Notes under the pieces: generated by a model
What the model saw: the letters and a program-made list of their open reading frames with translations, nothing else
Database searches by the model: none
Told to the model about the DNA's origin: nothing
From: Chiloscyllium plagiosum
Taxonomy: Eukaryota
Assembly: GCF_004010195.1 (NCBI RefSeq)
Contig: NC_057720.1
Coordinates: 16,250,491 to 16,308,728 of the forward strand
DNA: 58,238 nucleotides
Direction of reading: 5' to 3'
Translations under genes and position numbers: made by a program
Shown here: positions 1-12,496 of the stretch, piece by piece
Position numbering within the stretch: position 1 is the first letter of the stretch
Layout: every line of letters begins with the position of its first letter

Positions 1-117
1 GATTTGCTCTAAACGTCGATTTTCCTTCTCCTCAGATGCTGCCTGACCTGCTGTGCTTTTCTAGCACCACTCTAATCTAGACTCTGGCTTTCAGCATCTG
101 CAGTCCTTGTTTTTACC
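1..117 (+). mobile_element. Penelope-like element terminal repeat (pLTR) fragment
   Basis: aaacgtcga...cagatgctgcctgacctgctgtgcttt...cagcatctgcagtcctt matches the pLTR-type sequence recurring at 46952-47070 (minus) and 30763-30850 (minus). Confidence 0.7.
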
Positions 118-133
118 CATCCTCATTATTATG

Positions 134-760
134 TCATCTCACTTTAATGATATGTCTGTTACCATTCTTCCACCCACTGAATAGAAACTTGACATCAACA
201 ATTCTCAACAGGAAGGTTAAAACAGTAGCTTGGTAACTCCAGCTTGATGCTTGCTCCTTTAGTCCTCCAACAGTCACCAACATCTCTGAGCATGCTCCAT
301 GGGCAGTGATCACACTTACCTGCACCTCCCCCCTCCCACCAGCAGGGCCTCCAGGACCCCATTTGCAAAGCAGAGTGACAATTATCCTCAATCAGCCATG
401 CTTGGGACAACCATGCAGGACAGTAATGGACCTGGTCTTAACTAGGAGCACAGCTAGATTCCAGGGCCTGGAATCCCAGGAAATCCTGACAGTGGTTACT
501 ACTTCCACTTGTGGTGAGTAGGAGAATATGACAAGCAGAGCACCGTAGGGACCATGATGCACTGGTAATGAGGCGTGTTTAGGACTTTAGTGTGAGAAAG
601 CTCCCTCAGCCGCATGGAGAAAAGTCCTCAGCCAGACTAAGCCACACGGTCAGAGTGTGACAGACTTCACCAGAGTGAGGCTGAAACAGAGTGAATGACT
701 CAAGATTTGGGTCAATGTGGGAATTTGGGGCGGGGGGGAGGGGGGGGAAAGGATCTTTAT
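134..760 (-). mobile_element. Probable decayed Harbinger-type DNA transposon fragment (3' part of Myb-like gene)
   Basis: GC-richer block with minus-strand splice-like signals (gtgcag|gtaagt near 320; tgtttcag| near 680), similar in texture to 16600-17600; no clear peptide motif. Confidence 0.3.
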
Positions 761-1084
761 TTGGGGTTTATGCCAAGAAATAAAGTCTCCAAAGTGAGAT
801 GTGAAAGGGAGGAGAAAAGGCGCAGATTGAGAGGCCTCCCTACACTGATACCAATAGTGGCATAATGTCACAAGTGCAGTGGAATCAGCTGATTGAATAG
901 GTTTTGGTCAGTATTTCCAATCTTCATAGTGAAAATTGGATATTTTGCTTTTGTTTATGTATACAGTCTGATTTTCTCCCTGTTTCTGAGAAATGGCTTG
1001 TTGGGTATTCATAATAAGTCCATGCTTATCCTAAGCGTAACAATAGCTTTTAGAATTCTAGGGTGGCAGGTCAGAAGGGCTAAG

Positions 1085-4000
1085 TGGATTGAATATCCTG
1101 TAGAATGTGTGAAGTCATGGACATACCCTGTTCCCCAGACAAGCAGATAAGCAGGATATGTCACTGGCTGAACAAGCTTGAGCTTCTGGTTTTGGAATTT
1201 GAGCAGCAGTTGGAGTCACTGCTGGGAATTGTGAAGCAGAGGAGTACATGGATAGCACAGACAGGCAGCTGATCACCCCACAGACTACAAGCATACAGAT
1301 ACACAGGGTATGGGTGACTACCAGGCAATCTAAGAAACCCACTCAGGTAGTGCAGAAGTCCCTGGAGTCTATCGTGCTTGCTTATCAGTATTCCATTTTG
1401 CAAACTCACAGGGGATTGTACCCAGTGCCAAACCCATGATAGTACAGGTGACTCAGTTTTACAGGGAATAGGAAGAAGAATGGAAGAGTAATAGTTACGG
1501 GAGATTCCATAGTGAGGGGACAAAAAGGTTTTTCTATGGCAACAGAGGTGATTCCAGGATAGTGTATGGCCCTCCTGATGCTACATTCAAGGATATCACA
1601 GATCTACTGCAGGAATTCTTTCTGAGAGAGGGAGTTCAGCCAAATGTCATGGTCCATATTGGCACCTACATAGGTAGAAAAAAGGATGATGTCTCAGATA
1701 TCAGTGAGTTAGAAGGAAATAAAAAAAACAGGACCTCAACAGTAATCTCAGAGTTTTCCTCAATGCCACATGCTAGTCATCATAAGAAGAGGAGGATTAA
1801 TTGACTGAATACATGATTGGACATCTGATGAAGGAGAGAGGGCATCAGATTTCTGAGAAATTGGCATCAGTTTGGGGCAAATGACACCTGAACCAGCTGG
1901 ACTGGTTACAAATTAATGGGACTGGGACTGACTTCCTCACAGGGAGATTTTATTAGTGCTATTGTTGTGGGATGTTAAACTAATTTCTAAGGGGGAATTG
2001 GAACCTCAAGAATAACCCAAATTGGCAGGAAGTACAAAAAACAAAGAACTGCATATGCTGGAAATCTGAAACAGGAACAGAAATTGCTGAAGAAACTCAG
2101 CAGGTCTGCAAGCATCTTCGGAGAGAAAGCAGAGTTAACATTTTGGGTCCAGTGAGGAAGTCAAGTTGGTAACTGGAAGTTGAAAAGATGTGAAGGAAAC
2201 AGAGACAGAGAAACAAAACTAAGCATCAAGTATGTTTCAAAAAATGAATGATATCAAAAAGACAAAGCTGAGCCCACTCTACCTCCTAAATGTATGCATA
2301 TTCATGACAAGATAGACAATCTAAGAGAGACATGGGTATGATCTAATGATCAAATACAGAAACATGGCTGCATGATGGTCAGGATTGAGAACTGAATATT
2401 CAATAATTTTCTACTTTTGGGAAGAACAGACAAGAAGGAAAAGGAGGTGGAGTTGTGCCAATAATAAGGGATGAGATGAGTCCATTAGCAAGGGACAATC
2501 TCAAGTTAAAAAACAATGTGTGAAATCTGTTTGGTAGAACTAAGAAACAGCAAGAGACAGCAGACATTAGATGGTTCATAAGTGGCAGTGTGGGACAGGT
2601 TTTAATTAGGAGATGAGAGACGCTTATAGCAACACATTTGTCAAAGGTGACTTCAAACTGCATGAAAGCTGGGTCAAACCAACTGAACACTAAAGCTTTG
2701 GAGGATTACTTCTGGAATGTCTTAGGCAAGGTTCTCCACAGCAGCATGTTGAGGTGTCACTTGGACAACTTGCTACTTTAGACTTAAAAGATGTCTCTAA
2801 ATCTACAATGATTTTCTATGACTTATCTATGATTCAGTCAACTGTGGCCAACAAAGGAAATTCAGGATTGTATAAGAAAAGAAAAGGCCTATAAAGTTGC
2901 TGTGAATACCAGTAATTCTGAGGATTTTGAGATTTATAGAATACAGCAAGAAACCGATAAGGAAAGCAATAATGGATTATGAATGCAACCAGAAAAACAT
3001 AAAAATGGAAAAGCTTCTATAGGATTATAAGATAGAAATGTTCAGCTAAAATGAATGCACGTCCATTGCAGGCAGCGTCAGGAGAATTTAAAATGGGGAA
3101 TAGAGAAATGGCAGAAAAGCTAAATTGTTACTTTGTTTCTGTTTTCATTGATGAAGATATAAGAAATCTCCCAGAATTGGCTAGAGAGAATGAGGAGTTG
3201 AAATCAGCATCAGTAAGAAGATTATACTGGAGAAATTAATGGGGCTGAAAGTTGATAAATTCCCAGGACCTAATGGTCTACATCCCAGAGTGTTGAGAAA
3301 GGAAGTGGCTACAGAGGTAGTTGATGTATTGGTGATTATCTTCCAAAATCTTATAGGTTTGGGCATGATCCCTGTAGATTGGAGGTTAGCAAATGTCACA
3401 CACTATTTAAGAAAGGAGCGAGAGAGAAAATAGGAAACTACGGTCTGTTAGCCTTAAATCAGTCACAGGGGAATTGTCAGAATCAATTTGAAAGGATGGG
3501 ATAATTGAGACATGGTTGACAATGATCCAATTGGGCGCAATTGCAATGGATTTATGAATGGGAAATCATGTTTAATGAACATGTTAAGATGTTTTTTTGT
3601 AGATCTTACTAACAAAATTGACAAAAGAGAGCCAATGGATGTAATTCACTTAGATTTTCAGAAAGCATTTGATAAAATTCCCTACAAAAATCTGGTTAGA
3701 AAAATTAAAGTAAATGGGATAGAACACAATGTACTGGCATGAATTAATAATTGGCAAACACCCAGAAAACAGAAAATAGGAATAAGTCCCTCCCACATTG
3801 GCAGGCTGTGCATAGTGGGGTACTACAAGGATCAGTACTAACTAGAACCTAGTTGTTCTCAATATATATCAATAATCTGGAGTTGGGGATCAAGTATAAT
3901 ATTTCCAAATTTTGGGATGAAACAGTGGGAAAGTGTGTCATGAGAAAGATGTGAAGTCCACAGGGCATTGGTGTTGCCATACCTGGAATATTGTGTGTCG

Positions 4001-4530
4001 CTCTAATTTCCTTACCTGGGTAAGAATGTTTTTGCTTTCGAGAGAGCGCAGCAAAGTTTTACCAAGTTGATTCCTGGGGTGGCAGGTCTGATGTACGAAG
4101 ACAGATTGAGTCAGCTGGGATTGTCCAGCATTCCTTGGGGTTTAAAAGAATGTGGGGAGGATGTTATAGAAACACATTAAATTCTAACTGGACCCGACAG
4201 GTTAGATGCAGGAAGGGAATTCCAAATGGGAATCCAGAACCAGGGGTCATAGTTTAAGGTAAGGGGTAAACCTTTTAGGATCGAGATGAGAAGAAATTTA
4301 TTCACCCAGCGAATGGTGAGCCCATGAAACTCACTACCACAGAACGTGGTTGAGACCAAAACATCATGTGTTTTAAACAAGGACAGAGATTTCGTTATCA
4401 TGGCTAAATGAATCAAGGGATATGAGGGAAAGGTGGGGTTAGGGATTAGTCACGATCATATTGACAGACACAGCAGCCTCGAGGGATCGAATGGCCTCCT
4501 CCTGCTCCTATCTTGTATGTTTCTATGGCT
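1085..4530 (+). mobile_element. Near full-length decayed CR1-clade LINE (ORF1 zinc finger/coiled coil/SGNH esterase; ORF2 APE endonuclease + RT)
   Basis: ORF1: VECVKS (~1100), VIVTGDSIVRG (~1490-1520), VMVHIGT; ORF2: KGGGV (~2440), GDFK (~2647), DKFPGPNGLHPRVL (3239-3433), DVIHLDFQKAFDKIP (3512-3742); CR1 3' tail gaatggcctcctcctgctcctat...tatgtttctatg; many stops and frameshifts. Confidence 0.9.
2034..2154 (-). mobile_element. Short PLE pLTR insertion inside CR1, with 7-bp TSD aggaagt
   Basis: Reverse complement of the pLTR at 12880-13015; aggaagt at 2027-2033 and 2155-2161. Confidence 0.75.
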
Positions 4531-5320
4531 TCAGGAGAATTTGGAATGTCTTAGGGAATGGACAAGAATATGGCAGATGGAATATAATGTGGAAAAATGT
4601 GAGGTTATCCACTTTGGACGGAGAAACAGATATGGAGAGTATTTCTTAAATGGCAAGAGATTGGAAAATGTAAGGGTGCAAAGGGACTTGGCTTTCCTTG
4701 TCAATAAGTCATCAAAGATCTACATGTGGGTGCAGCAAGCATTAGGAAGGCTAATGGAATTTTTGCCCTAATTGCAAGAGGATTTGAGTACAGGGGTAGT
4801 GAAGTCTTGCTTCAGTTGTATTGGTGTATTGGTGTATTAGATTGCATCTGGATAATGCTGTAGGCAAATCTCAAGAAAGACATTGCCAGAGACGGAGTGC
4901 AACAGTGGTTCACCAGAATTGTTCCCAGGATAGTGGGTCTATGTTATGAAGAGAAATTGGGCAAACTGTGTTCTCTAGATTTTCAAAGAATGAGAGATGA
5001 TCTCATGTAAAGTTGACAAGGTAGATGGAGGTAAGATGCTTCTCCTGGTTGGGGAATCCAGAGCCAGGGGCAGAATTTAAAAATTTGGGGCAATGTCATT
5101 TAAGTCCGAAGTGAGGAGAAATATTTTTACTCAGAAGACTCTGAACCTTTGGAATTCTCTAGCACAGAGAGTGATGGAACTTCAGTCTCTAAGGTTGAGG
5201 TTTGTTCTGACTATCTGTGGCATACAGGTTTTTTGGGGGTGGGGTGGGTGAAATACATTGAAATGTTTGATGAGCTACAATTCTAATGAATGGTGGGGCA
5301 GACCCAAGGGTTTAATGACC
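4531..5320 (+). mobile_element. CR1 LINE 3' fragment
   Basis: WQMEYNVEKCEVIHFGRRN...QRDL (ORF 4433-4771), FFTQ-type C-terminal motif near 5120 and degenerate 3' tail. Confidence 0.85.
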
Positions 5321-5327
5321 TTTTTTT

Positions 5328-5375
5328 AAAAACTCACCAAAAATGACAGAGCTGAGTTCCGGTAAGATTCAGCCC
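5328..5375. mobile_element. Terminal fragment of a Harbinger-like DNA transposon
   Basis: aaaactcaccaaaatgacagagctgagttccggtaagattcagccc resembles 17840-17888, the flank of the Myb-like gene remnant. Confidence 0.4.
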
Positions 5376-6179
5376 AATAATATGGTGTTATCCCGACATT
5401 GCAAAAACGGAGCAGATAATGTGGCACCAGGATCCCAAATTTGATCAATGGGATGTGCAAGGGATTTATTGCCTAGAAATGAAGTGTGAAGATGCTAGCC
5501 AGGACTTGCAATTTCAGGGACCTGGCCCACTAAGTTACATTTTGGGAACCTTTTCTTTTGCGCATTGTCTGAAGGTACTCTGGAGTGTATTGACAAATGT
5601 TTTTGGTGAATTCCTGTATTTGTCAATGTGTTTCCTCATCTTCATTGGGATGCACAGTGGTAGATAGCCTGTGCATGCATTTTCCAAGGTTGTGAGAAAT
5701 AAGGGGGGAGTAGTGGCACTACCTCTGGGTCTGCAGGTCAAGAGGCAGCTGAGTAAAGTCTGCTATTCCCTCTATTAAGTTGGAACCAAACTCCTCCATG
5801 CCCCTTGACAATGGCACAAAGCTGTGTGGCCAGTCAGTCAATGCCCCCAGCATCTCAGTATGTGTAACCATTCCAACAAGGTCCTCATCCCTCCTCTATG
5901 GCAAGGATCAAGTGATGGTTTCCAGGAATGATCACCATAAGGTCATGTGATAGGGCCTCTTCATCAATGCTGGCCCAGTAATTTCCCCTTCCTTTTCCAT
6001 AGGTCTGGGCAGGTGGTGGTTTCTACTAGTGGTTCTGAAAGCAAAACCTCTGAAAGGAAGGTTGCTGTGAGGGAAGTGGGTGGAATGGGATACAGAAGAT
6101 CCATGGTCACACTATTGGCAGTTTGCTCATCGGACCAGATGGCAGAATGAGGGTGAGCTGGGAGTTACAAAAGGAGTAC

Positions 6180-6770
6180 AAGGCAGGAATTAAGGTCTCT
6201 TGCAATATTGAATGTTACAGACAGCATTGCATACTGCATGACGAGGCAGAGAACCATCTCCTCTGCAGTGCCCAGGTGATGCAGTCATCTCTATCTGCCA
6301 ACAGATCTGTTCTACTTTGTCTTGCAGAATATCCAAGACTTGGTCCATCGCATTTTTGGTTATGATTCTGCCTTGTTGAATGCATGGAACAATGCAGGGG
6401 CAGCAACATGTGGATTCGAGGCCGGCCACATTAATTAGTGTCTGAGGGTGAGTTGGAGGATTGGGAGGTTAGGTGTGAGCTCTGAGCACTAGTGCTCAGT
6501 GAGCAATGAATGGTGCTTTAAGCAGCATGGGAGATTATTACTGTAGTGGATTTAAGATGCATTCAGTGACCTTGAATGGGGCCATTGGATGTCTTGTGGA
6601 ACTGCCGCTAGGTCCTCAGGTGGACATCCCAGGATTTGTACTTCCTGGCCATGTATTCTCTACCAACAATGCTCTTGAGAGTTGCCTGAGCTCTCCATTG
6701 TCCATTGTGTCTCTTCTCACGATGAACCACAATACTAGTGCTTCTGAATCACATCTGTCACTATAGACTC
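6180..6770 (-). mobile_element. Highly decayed Harbinger transposase-like remnant
   Basis: Minus-strand peptides WPGST (~6640), WALQ (cf. GALQY) and AVCNAVCNI (~6200-6280) resemble the HARBI1 motifs PGS.HD and GALQY...VCCALHN; weak. Confidence 0.3.
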
Positions 6771-7216
6771 CCCCCGTCTGCCTTATTGTTACATTTCCAA
6801 CATTGAAGCCAGCTTTTGGTGCAGCTTCTCCTTCAGAGACAGCCTTCCGTTAGGAGGTCTGTACTATATTTTTGGTAAACAAGGCTTCTGGAGCTACCTG
6901 TCTTATGCAGAGGTCGCCGCAGTTTTCAGAAAGTGGGGAACAGCACTGGAGGTGAACCAGCTCATCAGAATCATGTAGGTGAGGCAAATGCATTAATTTT
7001 TATGTCACCCACATTGAACTAAACAACTGTGGGCACATCCAAAAACCTATCTCCCCCTTCTCCCCCAAATTTGTGGTGTTCCTTCAACAGAGACTATGGA
7101 AAGTGACTTCTTCCCAAGCCCTGCAAATGCTACCCTGGAATCAATTGTGACAGGCATTTGAGGGATTTAGTGAAATAGCCCTCCATTCTGTAGGAGGTGT
7201 CCAGCCTTTGTTCACT

Positions 7217-7231
7217 GCCACCCCCTTGTGG
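7217..7231 (-). promoter_or_regulatory. Candidate CTCF-like motif, with an AP-1 site tgagtca near 7255
   Basis: Minus strand ccacaagggggtggc versus the CTCF core CCASYAGRKGGCRS (2 mismatches), at the edge of a TE-poor island. Confidence 0.3.
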
Positions 7232-9432
7232 TTTGATAAAAATGAACACACCACTGAGTCACGCATAAATGCATCACGAGGGCGAAATTCAACTGAAATA
7301 TGGGGTAACAAGCCACTGAACTCCTATAGCCCATCTTTTGCCCTCTTCCGAAATAGAATTTTGTTGTTAGAAGTGGATCGTGCTGCTGTCAATATATTTC
7401 TACAGTGCCCGATTTTAATTTGTTGATCCAATTATATTTGAGTTCCTGTAGTTTAATAGAGGGTGTGGTTTCTGCTGAACACACCTCAGTGAAGTATTCA
7501 TTTGAACTCCTAACATTTTGTCCAGTACAGGATAGTCATGATTGAATTTTCTAAAGTTCACAACACTAGTAGGTGTCGAAGGATTACATTACCTCCAGTT
7601 TTCTGGACTGTGTATGCAATGGTCAGAATTATGTGTTAATTGATCACTTAAAAGATTACATTTCCCTCTCCTGATGATACAGGATGAACCTCACATTCAA
7701 ATTATTAAGTTGTCTTCCATCATCTTACAATAAAAATAAAACTAGCTGTTTAAAGATAAAATTGCTTTTGTAATTTGCATGGAATTAATAATTTTTTTAC
7801 GCTGCAGCTAAACTACAACATTATAGAAGCAAGATTTCACCTTGACATAAAAAGTAATAATTTTAGTGGTGAAGAGCATGTCTTTTTTTATACTTCCTAT
7901 TAGAGATGGTGCAATTATTATTTCTGAAATAACTCGACAGGGAATGTTTGCTTTGGAGGATGGGCTAAGAGTGGGAGCTGGGAGGTCAACGAACTATGTC
8001 GCGATCTAAACCTCTAAATTTCACAAATGTCCAGAGAGTCTAATGGTTTAAATATGCGATTTCGAATGGCGTTCCCTTTCCATCACAATGCTCTATAATG
8101 GTACATGCAGATATTCATTATTCCAAATTATAGTCAAATTTTAATTTCAAATATTAAAACAGCTGTGCTGATTAACACAGTACCCTGTCATATAAAATAC
8201 AGAAGTAATTGCTATTAGCATTGCGTTGGCAACTCCACTAATAGTGAATATAAAGGCAAGCTCTATATCTAGTCTTCTTATGTGTATACCCCAGAGAAGT
8301 GTAGAAAACATTGCAGATAATTACTTATACAGTAATAGAAGTGTCCTGCATTATGTCTGCTCCTGTAGGGTGTGTGCAGAGTGAATTCATGATGTGAATT
8401 TTACACTATCTACCATAACCCAATGTTTTTTTTAATTCTCAGTGCCTCCACAGCTGCATAATCACATTCAGATTGATTACCCTATTTTGATTGCCTGAAA
8501 ACTTCAGTAAACCTTTGGAGAAACAGATTTTTTTAAGAAGTTTGTCATTGCCCTGTCATTCCAGTTTGCTGTTTGCCCCTGGTTAATGCTCAGTTACTCA
8601 AATTTGTTACATTGCTTCATTCTTGAAAATCCAATTTAAAAAAAAAATCTTATTGGCCTCCAGTAATTAATTAATTTAAAATCTGACTATAGTAGGGTAA
8701 TCTGATAATCAAAGCATATGTACAAATTTTTTTTTCAACTGACATGCTATTAGCTTACGTCTTCTCGTGGTATGCTCTTATATAATCAATAGTGGATTCA
8801 AGACAATAACCTGATTATTCTCAAAGTTCCCAGTCAGTGTTGATTCATTATGAAAGTCTTTTCAATTAGGTGCTATAACTCCTAAATCTTGTCTTCTGAC
8901 TGTGTTGCATTCCTGCATTTTTCACCACTGCACAAATTAAAATCTCTGACAGATTGCTAATGAGCTGATGTTGGAATTACTGAATATTCTGTTATCATTT
9001 GTCCATTCACAGTTTCTTCACCAGCCCATCTGTGCATGAGCTGTAGTGTATTGCAGAACAAGCAAGCTGGGACAGCATCTCCAATTACACCTTGTGCCAT
9101 CACAGGCCTTGGGGAGAGGTTTTTACTAATTAAACTTTTCAACAAACACAGTGTCAACTTCTTTGACTGTGAAGAAGCTGAATTTTGTTAGATGCAAAAA
9201 TGTGTTGGTCAGGAATCTGTAAGATTCAAGGATTTTTATGTAAATATTGCTCTTTTTGGAGCTACAGTTATCCCATTTGTGATGCGTTGCTTCACGTTAG
9301 ATGTCATTGGTTCTCCAAAATGCATTAGTTTGTTCACAAATTATATACAGTTACCACATATTTGCTTATTCCATTATAGTCTTAAAAATCCAACCCTTAT
9401 AGTTAAGGGTTGGCGTGCTCGTTTTTGAAAAA

Positions 9433-10194
9433 CTGACATTTAAAGATGTAAGGACTAATCACTGTACATGAGTAAAATGTACCACATTACATGTTGGGCC
9501 TGAACACAGTAGAACCTGTTACAAATGTGTTTGGAATCATCTTATTAAAACGCCTCATTAAGATGTGCTAATACTGTTTGAGAATTATTGTGTGCTGGGT
9601 ATAAAGTCATAATGCCATTTTTTTTAAAGCTGATAATATATGTATAATGCATTCACACTGAATTATTTGCAAAAAAAAACAACTGCTATTATGCACAATA
9701 AGGATGTATTAGAAAATTGCTCAGAAGTCTAGACAACTGACAAAGCCTGCCAGTCTCTTAATACAGTTCTCTGGTTGAAAATATTGGAAAGTATTGCCAT
9801 TAGCAAAACAGCCACTTCTCTATGATATAGTTTCACTTATCATCTTTAAAGGGTAGTGTATCTCATTTCATATGCATCTTCTTCTCTCTCCCCATTTATT
9901 TGTCTACTCTATCTCTCTCAGGCTTCTCTTTGCCATGCTGTTAGACTGCTAAAGACCAGTGTGGCTTCTACTGATTCATCTTCATATTACATCTAGAATA
10001 AACACCATTAGGGTATGACTTGTTTTTTCAATAATTTTGAGAAACAAATCCATTCATCTTCCAGACTGTTCATTTTCATTATAAGCTGACATTTAAAGAT
10101 GCAAAACTAATCGCTGTTTCTGTGCAAGTAAAACATAACCTGTGGCTCACGTTGGATCTGAGTGCAGTCGAACCTGTTACAAATGTGTTTGGAA
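9433..10194. repeat. Two diverged copies of a ~105-bp unique segment (9433-9536 and 10086-10194)
   Basis: Shared ctgacatttaaagatg and an identical 25-mer gaacctgttacaaatgtgtttggaa. Confidence 0.85.
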
Positions 10195-11774
10195 CCCAAC
10201 TAAAGACTGTTTATAATGATGACACTTTGCTTTCTGCTGTCATGCCACACATCCTGTTATTTTTGTACAGTTATATTTCATCTGCGAAACACTGCTAGGT
10301 TTGTAACTACTATTTGTAATGGGTTTTTTTCTCTATATTATCTAAAGCTCACACAAAAACAGGGCTTAAAATATTGCAGTTGTTCACCTCTTTGTCATTT
10401 CATTGGGGTTCCCTCTAGATGCAGGGCCAATGGCACTCTGTGTTCCATTGATAGGACCATGCACCATTCAGTCAACTACCCTAACAATCCTGACTGACAA
10501 CTGTGCATAAATTGTAGCACTTTGGTTTCTCCTGACACTCTACAAATCCTGTTAGTTATTCACTGTAACGTATTATTGTGGAATCCTAAGTTCATAACTA
10601 GTTCTAAAATAAGTCCATAATCATCATAGTGCCATCTTTGGACCTTAAGAATTGTGTTCATGATAACACAGTGTATGCTATAATGGATGTCCTGTAATGT
10701 AACCTAAATGTAAAATCAAAACCTTAAGAGAGAAAGTGCCATGATCGAGAGCCTTACACTAATGGTGGGGTGTGTTCTAAATCATGGATGGCACCTGCAG
10801 CCACTCATTGCCATGCATTCTCCATATTAGACACAGCCTTATTCATCAAGAATACCCACCTGACAGCACCAGTTCATGCCTGGCAGCATGTTTTCCACTA
10901 AGGGCGATACAGAATACTAATTTTTAAAATTGCACGGATAAGAAAAAAAAGTCTATGAAGAATCGTCCTGAAGTTTATTCTCCACTTGTCAACTATTTGA
11001 AATGCAAAAGACACTTATAACTCTTACGTGCTGCAGTTATATTTCCTCACTGTAACTTTGTTCTTTTCCAAGTCAATAACACAGGCTATGAATATCCAGT
11101 CCCTTTCCATTTGCATCTGTGATTCATCTGATGCTTTATTTCAGTTTCAGAAATTCCTGTTTGAGGGCTCCAGCCACTGCCTCTTCACCATGGATGCACA
11201 ACCCTTTTACATGTCCATCCCCCATCAGAATGGTCTCAGGGTTCTCTGCTTCTTACTGGAAAAGAGGTCTAAACTGTCCCTATCCTCCACCACCTTCTTC
11301 TGTCTGCAGTAGAGTTTTCTGGTCCTCACCTACCACCTTACCAGCATCCACATCCAAAGGATCATTAGCTACCATTCCTGCCACCTCCAGCAGAATGTCA
11401 CAAACAGAGACATATTCCCATTCTCTCCCTTGTCAGCCTTCCAAGGGCAAAGTTCCCTCTGGGACACCTTGGTCCACTTCTCTTCCATTCCTAACACATC
11501 CCCATACCCCAACGACACCTTCCGACGCAGTCACAGAAGGCATAACACCTGCCCATTTACTTTCTCCCTCCTCACTATCCGAGGTCCCAAACACCTTCTA
11601 GGTGAAGTAGCAATCTACCTGCACTTCACTCTATCTAGTCTACTGTATTGGCTGCTCACAATGTGGTCTCCTCTACATTGGAGGAGAGCAGACGGGACAA
11701 CTGCTTTGCAGAATACCTACATTCTGACTGCAAAGATTACCCTGAGCCTTCTGCTACTTGCCAGTTCAAAATGC

Positions 11775-12496
11775 AGAAATAACTCCACAGAGGCCGGTAT
11801 CCCTTCACCAAGTCACCCATTAATTAACATATGGGCAGTCCTTGACACTGATCCAGCTTCCTCAGAGCCAGCTCTGAGTGAACAGATCCTCTGACACTCC
11901 TGTTTATTTTTTTTTCTTTTCCCTGAACAACTCCAGGGTGTTGGTCAACACCGCGTGCTCCTTCTCCAAACACTCTCGTTCTTCTTTTTTTTCTCTCTAT
12001 TATTTTATATATTTTTTTTTATCTTAACCCCCACACTACCACCTAAGTGCGGTAGTGCTTATTTCCCTCCTGTTTATTTTTTTCTTTTTTTTTTCACTCC
12101 TGTTTATATTTTTTTTCTTTTTTTGTTTATCTTTTTTTTCTTCTTTTTTGTTCTTTTAACCCCCACACTACCACCTAAGTGCGGTAGTGCTTATTTAATG
12201 ATGCACTCCACTCCCTGCGGCGCCCACCTCTCCCTGAACAACTCCAGGGTGTTGGTGGACACCGCGTGCTCCTTCTCCAAGGACACCCGGGCGCTAACGT
12301 AACCGCGGAAGAGGGGCAGGCAGTCGGCCCTAACGACCACCTCCACGGCCCGCTGCCTGGACCTTGTGATGGCTAGTTTGACACTCCTGTTTATATCTGT
12401 CATCCAGAACTCCCTGATTGGACCAGACTAACAGCCCCAATCAGGGAACTCATATTCTTTGAAGTTCAACTGGCTGACTTTGTTACAATCACCACA
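11775..12496 (-). mobile_element. Solo LTR (Gypsy-type) inserted in the PLE and split by Tx1 insertions
   Basis: Minus strand starts TGTGGTGATTGTAACA, then an inverted CCAAT pair (ccctgattgg...ccaatcaggg) and TATA-like gatataaacaggagtgtca; it interrupts contiguous PLE sequence. Confidence 0.75.
11908..12378 (-). mobile_element. Cluster of 5'-truncated Tx1-type (L1 group) LINE insertions with poly(A) tails; outer TSD tgacactcctgtttat
   Basis: Minus ORF KLAITRSRQRAVE...CLPLFRGYVSARVSLEKEHAVSTNTLELFRERWAPQGVECII resembles a Tx1 ORF2 C-terminus; A-rich tails; 16-bp direct repeat at 11892-11907 and 12379-12394; CpG-rich, so probably young. Confidence 0.75.

Noticed and set aside
8181..8195. taccctgt resembling the miR-10 5' end
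   Set aside because: Only 8 nt match and no precursor hairpin is evident
12026..12064. U1 snRNA 3' fragment (gtggtagtg...ggggg)
   Set aside because: Similarity is short; no Sm site or terminal U1 stem-loop; better explained as the Tx1 3' hairpin
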